Shown piece after piece: positions 10,959 to 25,511 of a stretch of 64,000 bases of DNA. The stretch is from assembly GCA_964016885.1 (NCBI GenBank), contig OZ024761.1:4340001-4404000 (forward strand). The letters run 5' to 3'. A program made the translations under genes and the position numbers. The notes beneath the pieces are model-generated. The model saw nothing but the letters and a program-made list of their open reading frames with translations. It was not told where the DNA came from and made no database searches. Within the stretch, counting starts at the first letter, position 1. Each line of letters starts with the position of its first letter. The DNA is from Eledone cirrhosa. Taxonomy: Eukaryota.

Positions 10959-13900
10959 GTAAGTTGTTCATTACTAAACCATGGGCCAGTGATTATTTCT
11001 TCTTTAGAATTCAGTTAATACTGTTATTTATATTTTTAACATGTTCGAACCTTCATCAATCAACATGTTCGAACCTTCTTCTAAGACCTTAAAAGCTCTC
11101 GTTTTATTTATAGTAGGCGATGTTTGTGGGCTGTTGTTGTCAACAAAGACATTAACTGCATTGACTGTAATTAAAATTCGGCGTTCAGGGTTTTTTATGT
11201 CAGATATATCAGGACTACTGGATATATGAACTGTCATACAAACTGAGAAATTTGCGTTTTAATTAATTAATGGTTTGCATAAGAGAAAACCTATAGTTTA
11301 TGTGGATTACTGACACGCGGAAGTGATTAAAGATAAAAATATATTTTAGTTATTTATTTCTAGGACATAATTCCATAAATGTTCAGTATTTATGTTCAAG
11401 TGGCAACTATGGTTAAATGTTGGAGTAACTTGGGAGAAATAACTAATTCAGGGACAAATGTAGGGTTAGAACCCAGGCATGTTACATTTTGGAAGCGGAC
11501 TTATAGAAACACGACTGAGGTGTATTGCATTGTATGTGAGCGTTTATGTTTGTGTGTGTATTTTAAAGTGTTACAGACGGATATATATAATTGTAAGTTT
11601 GAAAAACAGTCAGATAAAATATATTTCAATTTTTCTTCTTAGTCCGTAGAAATGAACTAGATAAATAGTCATTTAAACGGAGCGAAGTTTAAAATGTAAC
11701 TTCGAAGAAATAACAGATAAATGACATCGACTATTCCCTGCGAGGAACAGTCAGATAAATTTTCCTAGTCTTTCTTCTTAGCCCGTAGAAATTAACTAGA
11801 CAAATAATCAATTAAACGGAGCTAAGTCTAAAATGCAAGCTTGAAGAAAAAATGTATATAAACTTTACCAAAATTCTTCTAGTCCCGACTATCGATAGTG
11901 CTTTGTGGATATGTCCAATCCTGGTATTATCCATGAGGTTTCGAGCTTATCAAGACACTCCCTAAAGAGGACTAACATTTCTACAGTGATCGCCGCCAGA
12001 AATCAATTCAAAATGGGTAAGAATTATCACGTGGCCAACGGTCAAAGTAGTGTGTATATATATATACACACACACATTGTGAAAGGGCGTGGCTGAGTAG
12101 TTAGAAAATATGAGGTTGTGATTTCGATTCCTGGATGATGCATTATGTTCTTGAGCAAGACACTTTATTTCATGTTGCTCCTTCTGCATGGATTTGCGAC
12201 TGACAGATAGTATTAGCAATTGGAAAGACCAATGGAAACATTGTTTCCTCAGTCCGATTTGACGAGCTCCACCCGACTCGTTAAGCGAATGAGGTCTGGA
12301 ATCTTGTCAATATATATATAATCTAAGAAATCTCATGCAGCTGTATGTTAACTACCCTATCTCTCCCCACACTCTTTCTCATATGAGCTAAACCTTATCA
12401 CCAAGAGAGCTTTGGGCTGGGCAAACATCCCCTCAATTTTGGAATCATCTGGGTTGTCCAGAATTGATGGGAAAAAACCTGACGGTCTGGATAAGAGGCA
12501 GGCATCTTATCTGGGATGTCACAGTTAGTGACTCTTTTGTTTCTTCCCACATCCTGGATGCTGTGGTTAGGTTGAGAGCTGCAACTTCCGTAGCCGAACG
12601 GAATAAAATTCTGAAATATTAAGATCTGTCGGTTAACTACCTTTTCCAGCCTGTGGCGTTTGAGACGTTTGGGAGATTCGGGCCACTAACTGCGAGGTTC
12701 TTGTTTTCACTGGCGGTTCGCCTAACCAAGGTAACTGGTGATGCTCATGGAGGTGCTAGGCTCTTCCAGAGCCTCAGCCTCGCCATCACACTAGGTAACA
12801 CTGCGAGTGTGCTGGCTGGCCTCAACAATTATTAGAGAGGATTCCCAGTGCTCCTCGCAATATTATCTTTTGTTCTGGCAGTGGTTCGTTTGTTCACCCC
12901 TTTCACCTGCTGGTGTTGTATGTGGTCCTAGATGTGTGTATTACCTGCTTGTGTGTTGTATGTGGTCCTAGATGTGTGTATTACCTGCTTGTGTGTTGTA
13001 TGTGGTCCTAGATGTGTGTATTACCTGCTTGTGTGTTGTACGTGGTCCTAGATGTGTGCATTACCTGCTTGTGTGTTGTATGTGGTCCTAGATGTATGTA
13101 TTACCTGCTGCTGTGTTGTATGTGGTCCTAGATGTGTCTATTACCTGCTGGTATGTTGTATGTGATCCTAGATGTGTGTATTACCTGCTGGTGTGTTGTA
13201 TGTGGTCCTAGATGTGTGTATTACCTGCTGCTGTGTTGTATGTGGTCCTAGATGTGTGTATTACCTGCTGGTATGTTGTATGTGATCCTAGATGTGTGTA
13301 TTACCTGCTGGTGTGTTGTATGTGGTCCTAGATGTGTGTATTACCTGCTTGTGTGTTGTATGTGGTCCTAGATGTGTGTATTACCTGCTTGTGTGTTGTA
13401 CGTGGTCCTAGATGTGTGCATTACCTGCTTGTGTGTTGAATGTGGTCCAAGATGTGTGTATTACCTGCTTGTGTGTTGTATGTGGTCCTAGATGTATGTA
13501 TTACCTGCTGCTGTGTTGTATGTGGTCCTAGATGTGTGTATTACCTGCTGGTATGTTGTATGTGATCCTAGATGTGTGTATTACCTGCTGGTGTGTTGTA
13601 TGTGGTCCTAGATGTGTGTATTACCTGCTGCTGTGTTGTATGTGGTCCTAGATGTGTGTATTACCTGCTTGTATGTTGTATGTGATCCTAGATGTGTGTA
13701 TTACCTGCTGGTGTGTTGTATGTGGTCCTAGATGTGTGTATTACCTGCTTGTGTGTTGTATGTGGTCCTAGATGTGTGTATTACCTGCTGGTGTGTTGAA
13801 TGTGGTCCTAGATGTGTGTATTACCTGCTTGTGTATTGTATGTGGTCCTAGATGTGTGTATTACCTGTTTGTGTATTGTATGTGGTCCTAGATGTGTGTA

Positions 13901-16900
13901 TTACCTGCTTGTGTGTTGTATGTGGTCCTAGATGTGTGTATTACCTGCTTGTGTGTTGTATGTGGTCCTAGATGTGTGTATTACCTGCTTGTGTGTTGTA
14001 TGTGGTCCTAGATGTGTGCATTACCTGCTGGTGTGTTGTATGTGGTCCTAGATGTGTGTATTACCTGCTGATGTGTTGAATGTGGTCCTAGATGTGTGTA
14101 TTACCTGCTTGTGTATTGTATGTGGTCCTAGATGTGTGTATTACCTGCTTGTGTGTTGTATGTGGTCCTAGATGTGTGTATTACCTGCTGGTGTGTTGTA
14201 TGTGATCCTAGATGTGTGTATTACCTGCTGGTGTGTTGAATGTGGTCCTAGATGTGTGTATTACCTGCTGGTGTGTTGTATGTGGTCCTAGATGTATGTA
14301 TTACCTGCTTGTGTATTGTATGTGGTCCTAGATGTGTGTATTACCTGCTTGTGTGTTGTATGTGGTCCTAGATGTGTGTATTACCTGCTGGTGTGTTGTA
14401 TGTGGTCCTAGATGTATGTATTACCTGCTTGTGTGTTGTATGTGGTCCTAGATGTATGTATTAGCTGCTGGTATGTTGTATGTGGTCCTAGATGTGTGTA
14501 TCACCTGCTGGTGTGTTGTATGTGGTCCTAGATGTGTGTATTACCTGCTTTTGTGTTGTATGTGGTCCTAGATGTATGTATTACCTGCTGGTGTGTTGTA
14601 TGTGGTCCTAGATGTGTGTATTACCTGCTGGTGTGTTGTATGTGGTCCTAGATGTGTGTAACACCTGGTATGTTGTATGTGGTCCTAGATGTGTGTATTA
14701 CCTGCTGGTGTGTTGTATGTGGTCCTAGATGTGTGTATTACCTGCTGGTGTGTTGTATGTGGTCCTAGATGTATGTATTACCTGCTGGTGTGTTGTATGT
14801 GGTCCTAGATGTATGTATTACCTGCTGGTGTGTTGTATGTGGTCCTAGATGTGTGTATCACCTGCTGGTGTGTTGTATGTGGTCCTAGATGTGTGTATTA
14901 CCTGCTTTTGTGTTGTATGTGGTCCTAGATGTATGTATTACCTGCTGGTGTGTTGTATGTGGTCCTAGATGTGTGTATTACCTGCTGGTGTGTTGTATGT
15001 GGTCCTAGATGTGTGTAACACCTGGTATGTTGTATGTGGTCCTAGATGTGTGTATTACCTGCTGGTGTGTTGTATGTGGTGCTAGATGTGTGTATTACCT
15101 GCTGGTGTGTTGTATGTGGTCCTAGATGTATGTATTACCTGCTGGTGTGTTGTATGTGGTCCTAGATGTATGTATTACCTGCTGGTGTGTTGCATGTGAT
15201 CCTAGATGTATGTATTACCTGCTTGTGTGTAGTACTAGATGCGTGTTTATTACATGCTTGTGTGTTTTTTTCTTTTTTCTCTTTTTATTTGTAATGTTAT
15301 GATGACAGTTATGTTGACAAATAAAATTGGTTTATATAGAAATATATATATACATGTCATCATCCGTATGTTAAGTAACATACCTCTCTCCACTCTCTTT
15401 CTCATATATATATGCTCCAGTTTACTCAGCTGTAGAAATGAGATGATAGGGACTGGGGTCCCTATCATTCCACTGCAAGGTGGTCGTGGAGGTGTCATGG
15501 CAAAAGCACCCAGCACTCACTGTAAATGAGGTTGATGTTAGGAAGGGCATCCAGCTGTAGAAATCAAGCCAGAATCAGTTCCCGTCCCACCCTTGCAAGC
15601 AGGGAGAGGCGGACGTAAAATGATGAAATGAAAAAAAAATATATATATCATCATCAGTTTCTTTTTTACAAAAACCTCATGTGACTTTATCTAGTGAACT
15701 TTGTTCTGGGTTGGAATGACCCCCCCCCCCCCCATCAGACAGACAGTCAACCGAGTATGTAGGTCTCGTCAATATACACTCTATATCAATATCACCATTA
15801 TAAACAAATAGTTTAAATAAAAATAAAATGAAAACATTGCTTGCAGATTGCCATCTACTTAAAATGAATGCTGGGTGTTATCTCCTGGTGTATGTATTAC
15901 TATATCTTCTTTCTTCTTGGAAATAAGTCCTCCTTCTTGCACTTGCAGTACAAACAGGTGTGAACAGTCACAGCAGAGACAGTAAAGGTGTCTAAAGTTA
16001 AGACATGGGATGACTTCGGGGTTAACCCTTTATCATTTAAACCGGCCATATCCGGCTAGAATTCTCTCACCTCATTCTGTTCAAACCAGCTGTAACCGGC
16101 CACTCATACTGATGTTAAGGTAGTGTTCTCAAAATAAATAATATCAAAATCTCATAGAATCAATATATATGAGATATTATGTGAGGTAAAGCCTTTACTG
16201 TGAAAATACAATAGTATATATAGAGTAATGTAAATGTTATGTGAGATATTATGTGAGGTAAAGCCTTTACTGTGAAAATACAATAGTATATATAGAGTAA
16301 TGTAAATAGTATATGAGATATTATGTGAGGTAAAGCCTTTACTGTGAAAATACAATAGTATATATAGAGTAATGTAAATGGTATATGAGATATTCTGTGA
16401 GGTAAAGCCTTTACCATGAAAATACAATAGTATATATAGAGTAATGTAAATGCTAAAGGGTTAATCTGACTTCTGATCAGCGAAGTGTTCTGGCAGACCA
16501 TCCACCGATTATATTACTATAGATCAGTGATTCCCAACGTGGGGCACTCACCCCAAAGGGGAAGAATTTGAATATTCAAGGGGACCATTTGAAAATGATG
16601 TTAATGACAACAAACCTCAGGTTTTACTTTATTAATTTAACACCAATGCAACTTTGGTACACATTACTGTCAGAAACTCCTGTCTCACCTCCTCCACATG
16701 TTATGTATCTGCCACCACCTATATGGTACACATTACTGTCAGAAACTCCTGTCTCACCTCTACCACATGTTATTGTGTATCTGCCACCACCTATATGGTA
16801 CACATTACTGTCAGAAACTCCTGTCTCACCTCTACCACATGTTATTGTGTATCTGGCACCACCTATATGATACACATTACTGTCAGAAACTCCTGTCTCA

Positions 16901-19900
16901 CCTCCACCACCTGTTATTGTGTATCTGGCACCACGTATATGGTACACATTACTGTCAGAAACTCCTGTCTCACCTCCCCCACATGTTATTGTATCTGGCA
17001 CCACCTATACACCAATTCTTTTACACTTTGCTGTTGATCATTGCTGTTTTCATGTCAAAGAGAAGGGTGGGGGTAGCTTAACGATGTTTTAGATGTTGTG
17101 GGGCATGGTACACAATAGGTTGGGAACCATTATAGATGGTATACAATTCTAAAGTAGATTTTGTTTGTTATGTTCCAGGTTATATTCGATTGCTGCTGTT
17201 GTGTGTAGCTTTCGTTTGTTACCAAAATCCCCTCTGGTTCCTCCTTGCTTACAGCATTTCTGCTATATTGGATGGTAAGTCAAGAATTAGTGAAATACAC
17301 TTCCATACTTCACTAACATCATAATTTCTCTCTTATCTTTCCCTCTTCCTCGTTTTATTCCTTTATTTTTTTTTCTCTTGTCTATCTTCCTATTTCTTCT
17401 TCTCTCTCTTCCAAACATCTCCTCTCTTCTCTCTCTTCCAAACATTGTCTCTTCTCTTCTCTCTCTTCCAAATATCATCTCTCTTCTCTCTCTTCCAAAC
17501 ATCGTCTCTCTCTTCTAAACATCGTCTCTTCTCTTCTTCTCTCTCTTGCAAACATCGTCTCTTCTCTTCTCTCTTCCAAACATCGTCTTTTCTCTTCTCT
17601 CTTCTCTCTCTTCCAAACATCGTCTCTCTTCTTCTCTCTCTTCCAAACATCGTCTCTTCTCTTCTCTCTCTTGCAAACATCGTCTCTTCTCTTCTTCTCT
17701 CTCTTGCAAACATCGTCTCTTCTCTTCTCTCTTCCAAACATCTTCTCTCTTCTCTTCCAAACATCGTCTCTCTTCTCTCTCTTCCAAACATCGTCTCTCT
17801 TCTTCTTCTCTCTTCCAAACATCGTCTCTCTTCTCTCTCCTCCAAACATCGTCTCTCTTCTCTCTCTTCCAACATCGTCTCTCTTCTCTCTCTTCCAAAC
17901 ATCGTCTCTCTTCTTCTTCTCTCTTCCAAACATCGTCTCTCTTCTCTCTCTTCCAAACATCGTCTCTCTTCTCTCTCTTCCAAACATCGTCTCTCTTCTT
18001 CTTCTCTCTTCCAAACATCGTCTCTCTTCTCTCTCCTCCAAACATCGTCTCTCTTCTCTCTCTTCCAAACATCGTCTCTCTCTTCTTCTTCTCTCTTCCA
18101 AACATCGTCCCTCTTCTTCTCTCTTCCAAACATCGTCTCTCTTCTTCTCTCTCTTCCAAACATCGTCTCTCTTCTCTCTCTTCTAAACATGGTCTCTTCT
18201 TCTCTCTCTTCCAAACATCGTCTCTTCTCTCTCTTCTAAACATCGTCTCTCTTCTCTCTCTTCCAAACATCGTCTCTTCTCTCTCTTCTAAACATGGTCT
18301 CTCTTCTCTCTCTTCTAAACATGGTCTCTTCTTCTCTCTCTTCCAAACATAGTCTCTTCTCTCTCTTCCAAACATCGTCTCTCTTCTCTTCTCTCTTCCA
18401 AACATCGCCTCTCTTCTCTCTCTTCCAAACATCGTCTCTCTTCTCTCTCTTCCAAACATCGTCTCTCTTCTCTCTCTTCCAAACATCGTCTCTCTTCTCT
18501 CTCTTCCAAACATCGTCTCTCTTCTCTCTCTTACAAACATCGTCTCTCTTCTCTCACTTCCAAACATCGTCTCTCTTCTCTTCTCTCTTCCAAACATCGT
18601 CTCTCTTCTCTCTCTTCCAAACATCGTCTCTCTTCTCTCTCTTCCAAACATCGTCTCTCTTCTCTCTCTTCTAAACATCGTCTCTCTTCTCTCTCTTCCA
18701 AACATCGTCTCTTCTCTCTCTTCTAAACATCGTCTCTTCTTCTCTCTCTTCCAAACATCGTCTCTCTTCTCTCTCTTCCAAACATCGTCTCTCTTCTCTC
18801 TCTTCCAAACATCGTCTCTCTTCTCTCTCTTCCAAACATCGTCTCTTCTCTCTCTTCTAAACATCGTCTCTCTTCTCTCTCTTCCAAACATCGTCTCTTC
18901 TCTCTCTTCTAAACATCGTCTCTCTTCTCTCTCTTCTAAACATGGTCTCTTCTTCTCTCTCTTCCAAACATAGTCTCTTCTCTCTCTTCCAAACATCGTC
19001 TCCCTTCTCTCTCTTCCAAAAATCGTCTCTCTTCTCTTCTCTCTTCCAAACATCGTCTCTCTTCTCTCTCTTCCAAACATCATCTCTTCTCTCTCTTCTA
19101 AACATCGTCTCTTCTTCTCTCTCTTCTAAACATCGTCTCTCTTCTCTCTCTTCCAAACATCGTCTCTTCTCTCTCTTCCAAACATCGTCTCTCTTCTCTC
19201 TCTTCCAAACATCGTCTCTCTTCTCTCTCTTTCAAACATCGTCTCTCTTCTCTCTCTTCTAAACATCGTCTCTCTTCTCTCTCTTCCAAACATCGTCTCT
19301 CTTCTTCTCTCTTCTAAACATCGTCTCTCTTCTCTCTCTTCCAAACATCGTCTCTCTTCTTCTCTCTTCTAAACATCGTCTCTCTTCTCTCTCTTCCAAA
19401 AATCGTCTCTCTTCTCTCTCTTCTAAACATCGTCTCCCTTCTTCTCTCTCTTCCAAACATCGTCTCTCTTCTTCTCTCTCTTCCAAACATTGTCTCTCCT
19501 CTCTCTCTTCCAACCATCGTCTCTCTTCTTCTGTCTTCCAAACATCGTCTCTCTTCTTCTTCTCTCTTCCAAACACCGTCTCTTTTCTTCTCTCTCTTCC
19601 AAACATCGTCTCTTCTTCTTCTCTTTTCCAAACATCGTCTCTCTTCTTCTCTCTTCCAAACATCGTCTCTCTTCCAAACATCGTCTCTTCTCTTCTCCAA
19701 ACATCGTCTCTCTTCTCTCTCTTCCAAACATCGTCTCTTCTCTTCTACAAACATCGTCTCTCTTCTTCTCTCTCTTCCAAACATCGTCTCACTTCTTCTC
19801 TCTCTTCCAAACATCGTCTCTTCTCTCTCTTCTTCTCTCTTCCAAACATCGTCTCTTCTCTTCTCTCTTCCAAACATCGTCTCTTCTCTTCTCTCTTCCA

Positions 19901-22900
19901 AACATCGTCTCTCTTCTCTCTCTTCCAAACATCGTCTCTCTTCTCTCTCTTCCAAACATCGTCTCTTCTCTTCTCTCTCTTCCAAACATCGTCTCTTCTC
20001 TTCTCTCTCTTCCAAACATCGTCTCTTCTCTTCTCTCTTCCAAACATCGTCTCTCTTCTCTCTCTTCCAAACATCGTCTCTCTTCTTCTTCTCTCTTCCA
20101 AACATCGTCTCTCTTCTCTCTCCTCCAAACATCGTCTCTCTTCTCTCTCTTCCAACATCGTCTCTCTTCTCTCTCTTCCAAACATCGTCTCTCTTCTTCT
20201 TCTCTCTTCCAAACATCGTCTCTCTTCTCTCTCTTCCAAACATCGTCTCTCTTCTCTCTCTTCCAAACATCGTCTCTCTTCTTCTTCTCTCTTCCAAACA
20301 TCGTCTCTCTTCTCTCTCCTCCAAACATCGTCTCTCTTCTCTCTCTTCCAAACATCGTCTCTCTCTTCTTCTTCTCTCTTCCAAACATCGTCCCTCTTCT
20401 TCTCTCTTCCAAACATCGTCTCTCTTCTTCTCTCTCTTCCAAACATCGTCTCTCTTCTCTCTCTTCTAAACATGGTCTCTTCTTCTCTCTCTTCCAAACA
20501 TCGTCTCTTCTCTCTCTTCTAAACATCGTCTCTCTTCTCTCTCTTCCAAACATCGTCTCTTCTCTCTCTTCTAAACATGGTCTCTCTTCTCTCTCTTCTA
20601 AACATGGTCTCTTCTTCTCTCTCTTCCAAACATAGTCTCTTCTCTCTCTTCCAAACATCGTCTCTCTTCTCTTCTCTCTTCCAAACATCGCCTCTCTTCT
20701 CTCTCTTCCAAACATCGTCTCTCTTCTCTCTCTTCCAAACATCGTCTCTCTTCTCTCTCTTCCAAACATCGTCTCTCTTCTCTCTCTTCCAAACATCGTC
20801 TCTCTTCTCTCTCTTACAAACATCGTCTCTCTTCTCTCACTTCCAAACATCGTCTCTCTTCTCTTCTCTCTTCCAAACATCGTCTCTCTTCTCTCTCTTC
20901 CAAACATCGTCTCTCTTCTCTCTCTTCCAAACATCGTCTCTCTTCTCTCTCTTCTAAACATCGTCTCTCTTCTCTCTCTTCCAAACATCGTCTCTTCTCT
21001 CTCTTCTAAACATCGTCTCTTCTTCTCTCTCTTCCAAACATCGTCTCTCTTCTCTCTCTTCCAAACATCGTCTCTCTTCTCTCTCTTCCAAACATCGTCT
21101 CTCTTCTCTCTCTTCCAAACATCGTCTCTTCTCTCTCTTCTAAACATCGTCTCTCTTCTCTCTCTTCCAAACATCGTCTCTTCTCTCTCTTCTAAACATC
21201 GTCTCTCTTCTCTCTCTTCTAAACATGGTCTCTTCTTCTCTCTCTTCCAAACATAGTCTCTTCTCTCTCTTCCAAACATCGTCTCCCTTCTCTCTCTTCC
21301 AAAAATCGTCTCTCTTCTCTTCTCTCTTCCAAACATCGTCTCTCTTCTCTCTCTTCCAAACATCATCTCTTCTCTCTCTTCTAAACATCGTCTCTTCTTC
21401 TCTCTCTTCTAAACATCGTCTCTCTTCTCTCTCTTCCAAACATCGTCTCTTCTCTCTCTTCCAAACATCGTCTCTCTTCTCTCTCTTCCAAACATCGTCT
21501 CTCTTCTCTCTCTTTCAAACATCGTCTCTCTTCTCTCTCTTCTAAACATCGTCTCTCTTCTCTCTCTTCCAAACATCGTCTCTCTTCTTCTCTCTTCTAA
21601 ACATCGTCTCTCTTCTCTCTCTTCCAAACATCGTCTCTCTTCTTCTCTCTTCTAAACATCGTCTCTCTTCTCTCTCTTCCAAAAATCGTCTCTCTTCTCT
21701 CTCTTCTAAACATCGTCTCCCTTCTTCTCTCTCTTCCAAACATCGTCTCTCTTCTTCTCTCTCTTCCAAACATTGTCTCTCCTCTCTCTCTTCCAACCAT
21801 CGTCTCTCTTCTTCTGTCTTCCAAACATCGTCTCTCTCTTCTTCTCTCTTCCAAACACCGTCTCTTTTCTTCTCTCTCTTCCAAACATCGTCTCTTCTTC
21901 TTCTCTTTTCCAAACATCGTCTCTCTTCTTCTCTCTTCCAAACATCGTCTCTCTTCCAAACATCGTCTCTTCTCTTCTCCAAACATCGTCTCTCTTCTCT
22001 CTCTTCCAAACATCGTCTCTTCTCTTCTACAAACATCGTCTCTCTTCTTCTCTCTCTTCCAAACATCGTCTCACTTCTTCTCTCTCTTCCAAACATCGTC
22101 TCTTCTCTCTCTTCTTCTCTCTTCCAAACATCGTCTCTTCTCTTCTCTCTTCCAAACATCGTCTCTTCTCTTCTCTCTTCCAAACATCGTCTCTCTTCTC
22201 TCTCTTCCAAACATCGTCTCTCTTCTCTCTCTTCCAAACATCGTCTCTTCTCTTCTCTCTCTTCCAAACATCGTCTCTTCTCTTCTCTCTCTTCCAAACA
22301 TCGTCTCTTCTCTTCTCTCTTCCAAACATCGTCTCTCTTCTCTCTCTTCAAAACATCGTCTCTTCTTCTCTCTCTTCCAAACATCGTCTCTCTTCTCTCT
22401 CTTCTAAACATCGTCTCTTCTTCTTCTCTCTCTTCTAAACATCGTCTCCCTTCTCTCTCTTCCAAACATCGTCTCTCTTCTCTCTCTTCCAAACATCGTC
22501 TCTCTTCTCTCTCTTCTAAACATCGTCTCTTCTTCTCTCTCTTACAAACATCGTCTCTTCTCTCTCTTCCAGACATCGTCTCTCGCTTCTCTCTCTTCCA
22601 AACATCGTCTCTTCTCTCTCTTCCAAACATCGTCTCTCTTCTAAACATCGTCTCTCTTCTCTCTCTTCCAAACATCGTCTGTCTTCTTCTCTCTCTTCCA
22701 AACATCGTCTCTTCTTCTTCTCTCTCTTCCAAACATTGTCTCTCTTCTCTCTCTTCCAAAAATCGTCTCTCTTCTTCTCTCTTCCAAACATCGTCTCTCT
22801 TTTTCTTCTCTCTTCCAAACACCGTCTCTTTTCTTCTCTCTCTTCCAAACATCGTCTCTCTTTTTCTTCTCTCTTCCAAACACCGTCTCTTTTCTTCTCT

Positions 22901-25045
22901 CTCTTCCAAACATCGTCTCTTCTTCTTCTCTCTTCCAAACATCGTCTCTCTTCTTCTTCTCTCTTCCAAACATCGTCTCTCTTCTTCTTCTCTCTTCCAA
23001 ACATCGTCTCTCTTCTCTCTCTTCTAAACATCGTCTCTCTTCTTCTCTCTCTTCCAAACATCGTCTCTTCTCTTCTCCAAACATCGTCTCTTTTCTTCTC
23101 TCTCTTCCAAACATCGTCTCTTCTCTCTTCCAAACATCGTCTCTCTTCTCTCTCTTCCAAACATCATCTCTTCTCTTCTCCAAACATCGTCTCTCTTCTT
23201 CTCTCTCTTCCAAACATCGTCTCTCTTCTTCTCTCTCCTCTCTCTTCCAAACATCGTCTCTTCTCTTCTCTCTTCCAAACATCGTCTCTCTTCTCTCTCT
23301 TCCAAACATCGTCTCTTCTCTCTTCCAAACATCGTCTCTTCTTCTTCTCTCTCTTCCAAACATCGTCTCTCTTCTTCTCTCTTCCAAACATCGTCTCTCT
23401 TCTTCTCTCTCTTCCAAACATCGTCTCTTCTTCTTCTCTCTCTTCTCTCTCTTGTAAACATCGTCTCTTCTTCTCTCTCTTACAAACATCGTCTCTTCTC
23501 TCTCTTCCAGACATCGTCTCTCTTCTTTCTCTTCCAAACATCGTCTCTTCTCTCTCTTCCAAACATCGTCTCTTCTCTTCTCTCTTCCAAACATCGTCTC
23601 TCTTCTCTCTCTTCTAAACATCGTCTCTTCTTCTCTCTCTTCTAAACATCGTCTCTCTTCTCTCTCTTCCAAACATCGTCTCTTCTCTCTCTTCCAAACA
23701 TCGTCTCTCTTCTCTCTCTTCCAAACATCGTCTCTCTTCTCTCTCTTCCAAACATCATCTCTCTTCTCTCTCTTCCAAACATCGTCTCCCTTCTCTCTCT
23801 TCCAAACATCGTCTCTCTTCTTCTCTCTCTTCCAAACATCGTCTCTCTTCTTCTCTCTCTTCCAAACATCGTCTCTCTTCTCCTCTCTCTTCCAAACATC
23901 GTCTCTCTTCTCCTCTCTCTTCCAAACATCGTCTCTTCTCTTTCCCGTTCTATCATCTGAGTCCTTATCAACTATATCAAGTATTAACCTTTTCATTGCC
24001 ACATTCACCATAAAACACGATATGATTTAGTATTATAAGTACGTTTCTCATTCTTAAGCTGGTGTTGCGAATGTAACACTGAATTGGTATTATAGAACAA
24101 GGGACGGTTTCTGGTAGTTGGATATCAAAAGGGTTAAATTAATATAACATTGGATTGAATTAGTAATTTTGCCATATTTATTGACTACAGAAAATAGTTT
24201 AACCCTTTAGCATTTAAACCAGTCATATCTGGCCAGAATTCTCTCCTCTTTCTGTCCAAACCGGCTGTAACTGACCACTCATACTGATGTTAAGGTATTG
24301 TTCTCAAAATAAATAATATCAAAATCTCATAGATTCGATATTATGTGAGGTAAAGCCTTTACTGTGAAAATACAATAGTATATATAGAGTAATGTAAATG
24401 TTATGTGAGATATTATGTGAAGTAAAGCATTTACTGTGAAAATACAATAGTATATATAGAGTAATGTAAATGGTTTGTGAGATATTATGTGAGGTAAAGC
24501 CTTTACTGTGAAAATACAATAGTATATATAGAGTAATGTAAATGGTTTGTGAGATATTATGTGAGGTAAAGCCTTTACTGTGAAAATACAATAGTAAATA
24601 TAGAGTAATGTAAATGGTAAAGGGTTAATAACAACAGAAATGTGTCAGGATGAAAAACTTGCTAAATATAAAGGTTTAGAAATTGAGATAAACAGAATGT
24701 GGTATCTTAAAACCTAAACTATTCTGGTAGTGTTAGGAGTTCTAGGTGTCAAAAGAAAGATTGTCAGAAATTTCTAGAAAACCTACCTGGTAAACCTAGC
24801 ATCTATGAAATCCAAAAGATACTTCTAACAAGTACCGTCCACAAACTTCGTAATTCTTTGTCTATGTAATATATGTCAACACAATCTTTTCTGTTTAATT
24901 TTTAGAGTAAATTTAATTAATATTTAATACCATTCAAAAGTCCTTAATGCAAAATTAATTCATATCTTATATATATATATATATTATTCAGAATAATAAA
25001 ACATATATTTTGATTATGTCAATGTCTTCATTTATTAATATTCTG

Positions 25046-25121
<76 letters not shown>

Positions 25122-25480
25122 ATGTATAAGATCAAAAGATGGTTAAAAGAGTTCCATGTATTTTATTATGCGCATTTCAAAAACAAATATCATCATGCAA
25201 TAACATTTGCGTTTTATCATATGATATGTTGATTTAAAACTGCACTATTCACAAGTGTGTTTTAACCTTCATATCATGTCTTCCTATTTTATCTGACGAA
25301 AACGCAAATGTTATTGCATGATATTTGTTTTTGAAATGCGCATAATAAAATACATGGAACTCTTTTAACCATCTTTTGATCTTATATATATATTATTTAT
25401 ACTCCAGTCCTACAAACTGTAGAGTGCTACTTATCCAATATCTGCATTGCTTTATTGTACTACAATAAAACTCACCTCCT

Positions 25481-25511
<31 letters not shown>

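Noticed and set aside
17390-24011. Long E/R-rich and S/L-rich ORFs
   Set aside because: Translations of the CT minisatellite, open in many frames on both strands
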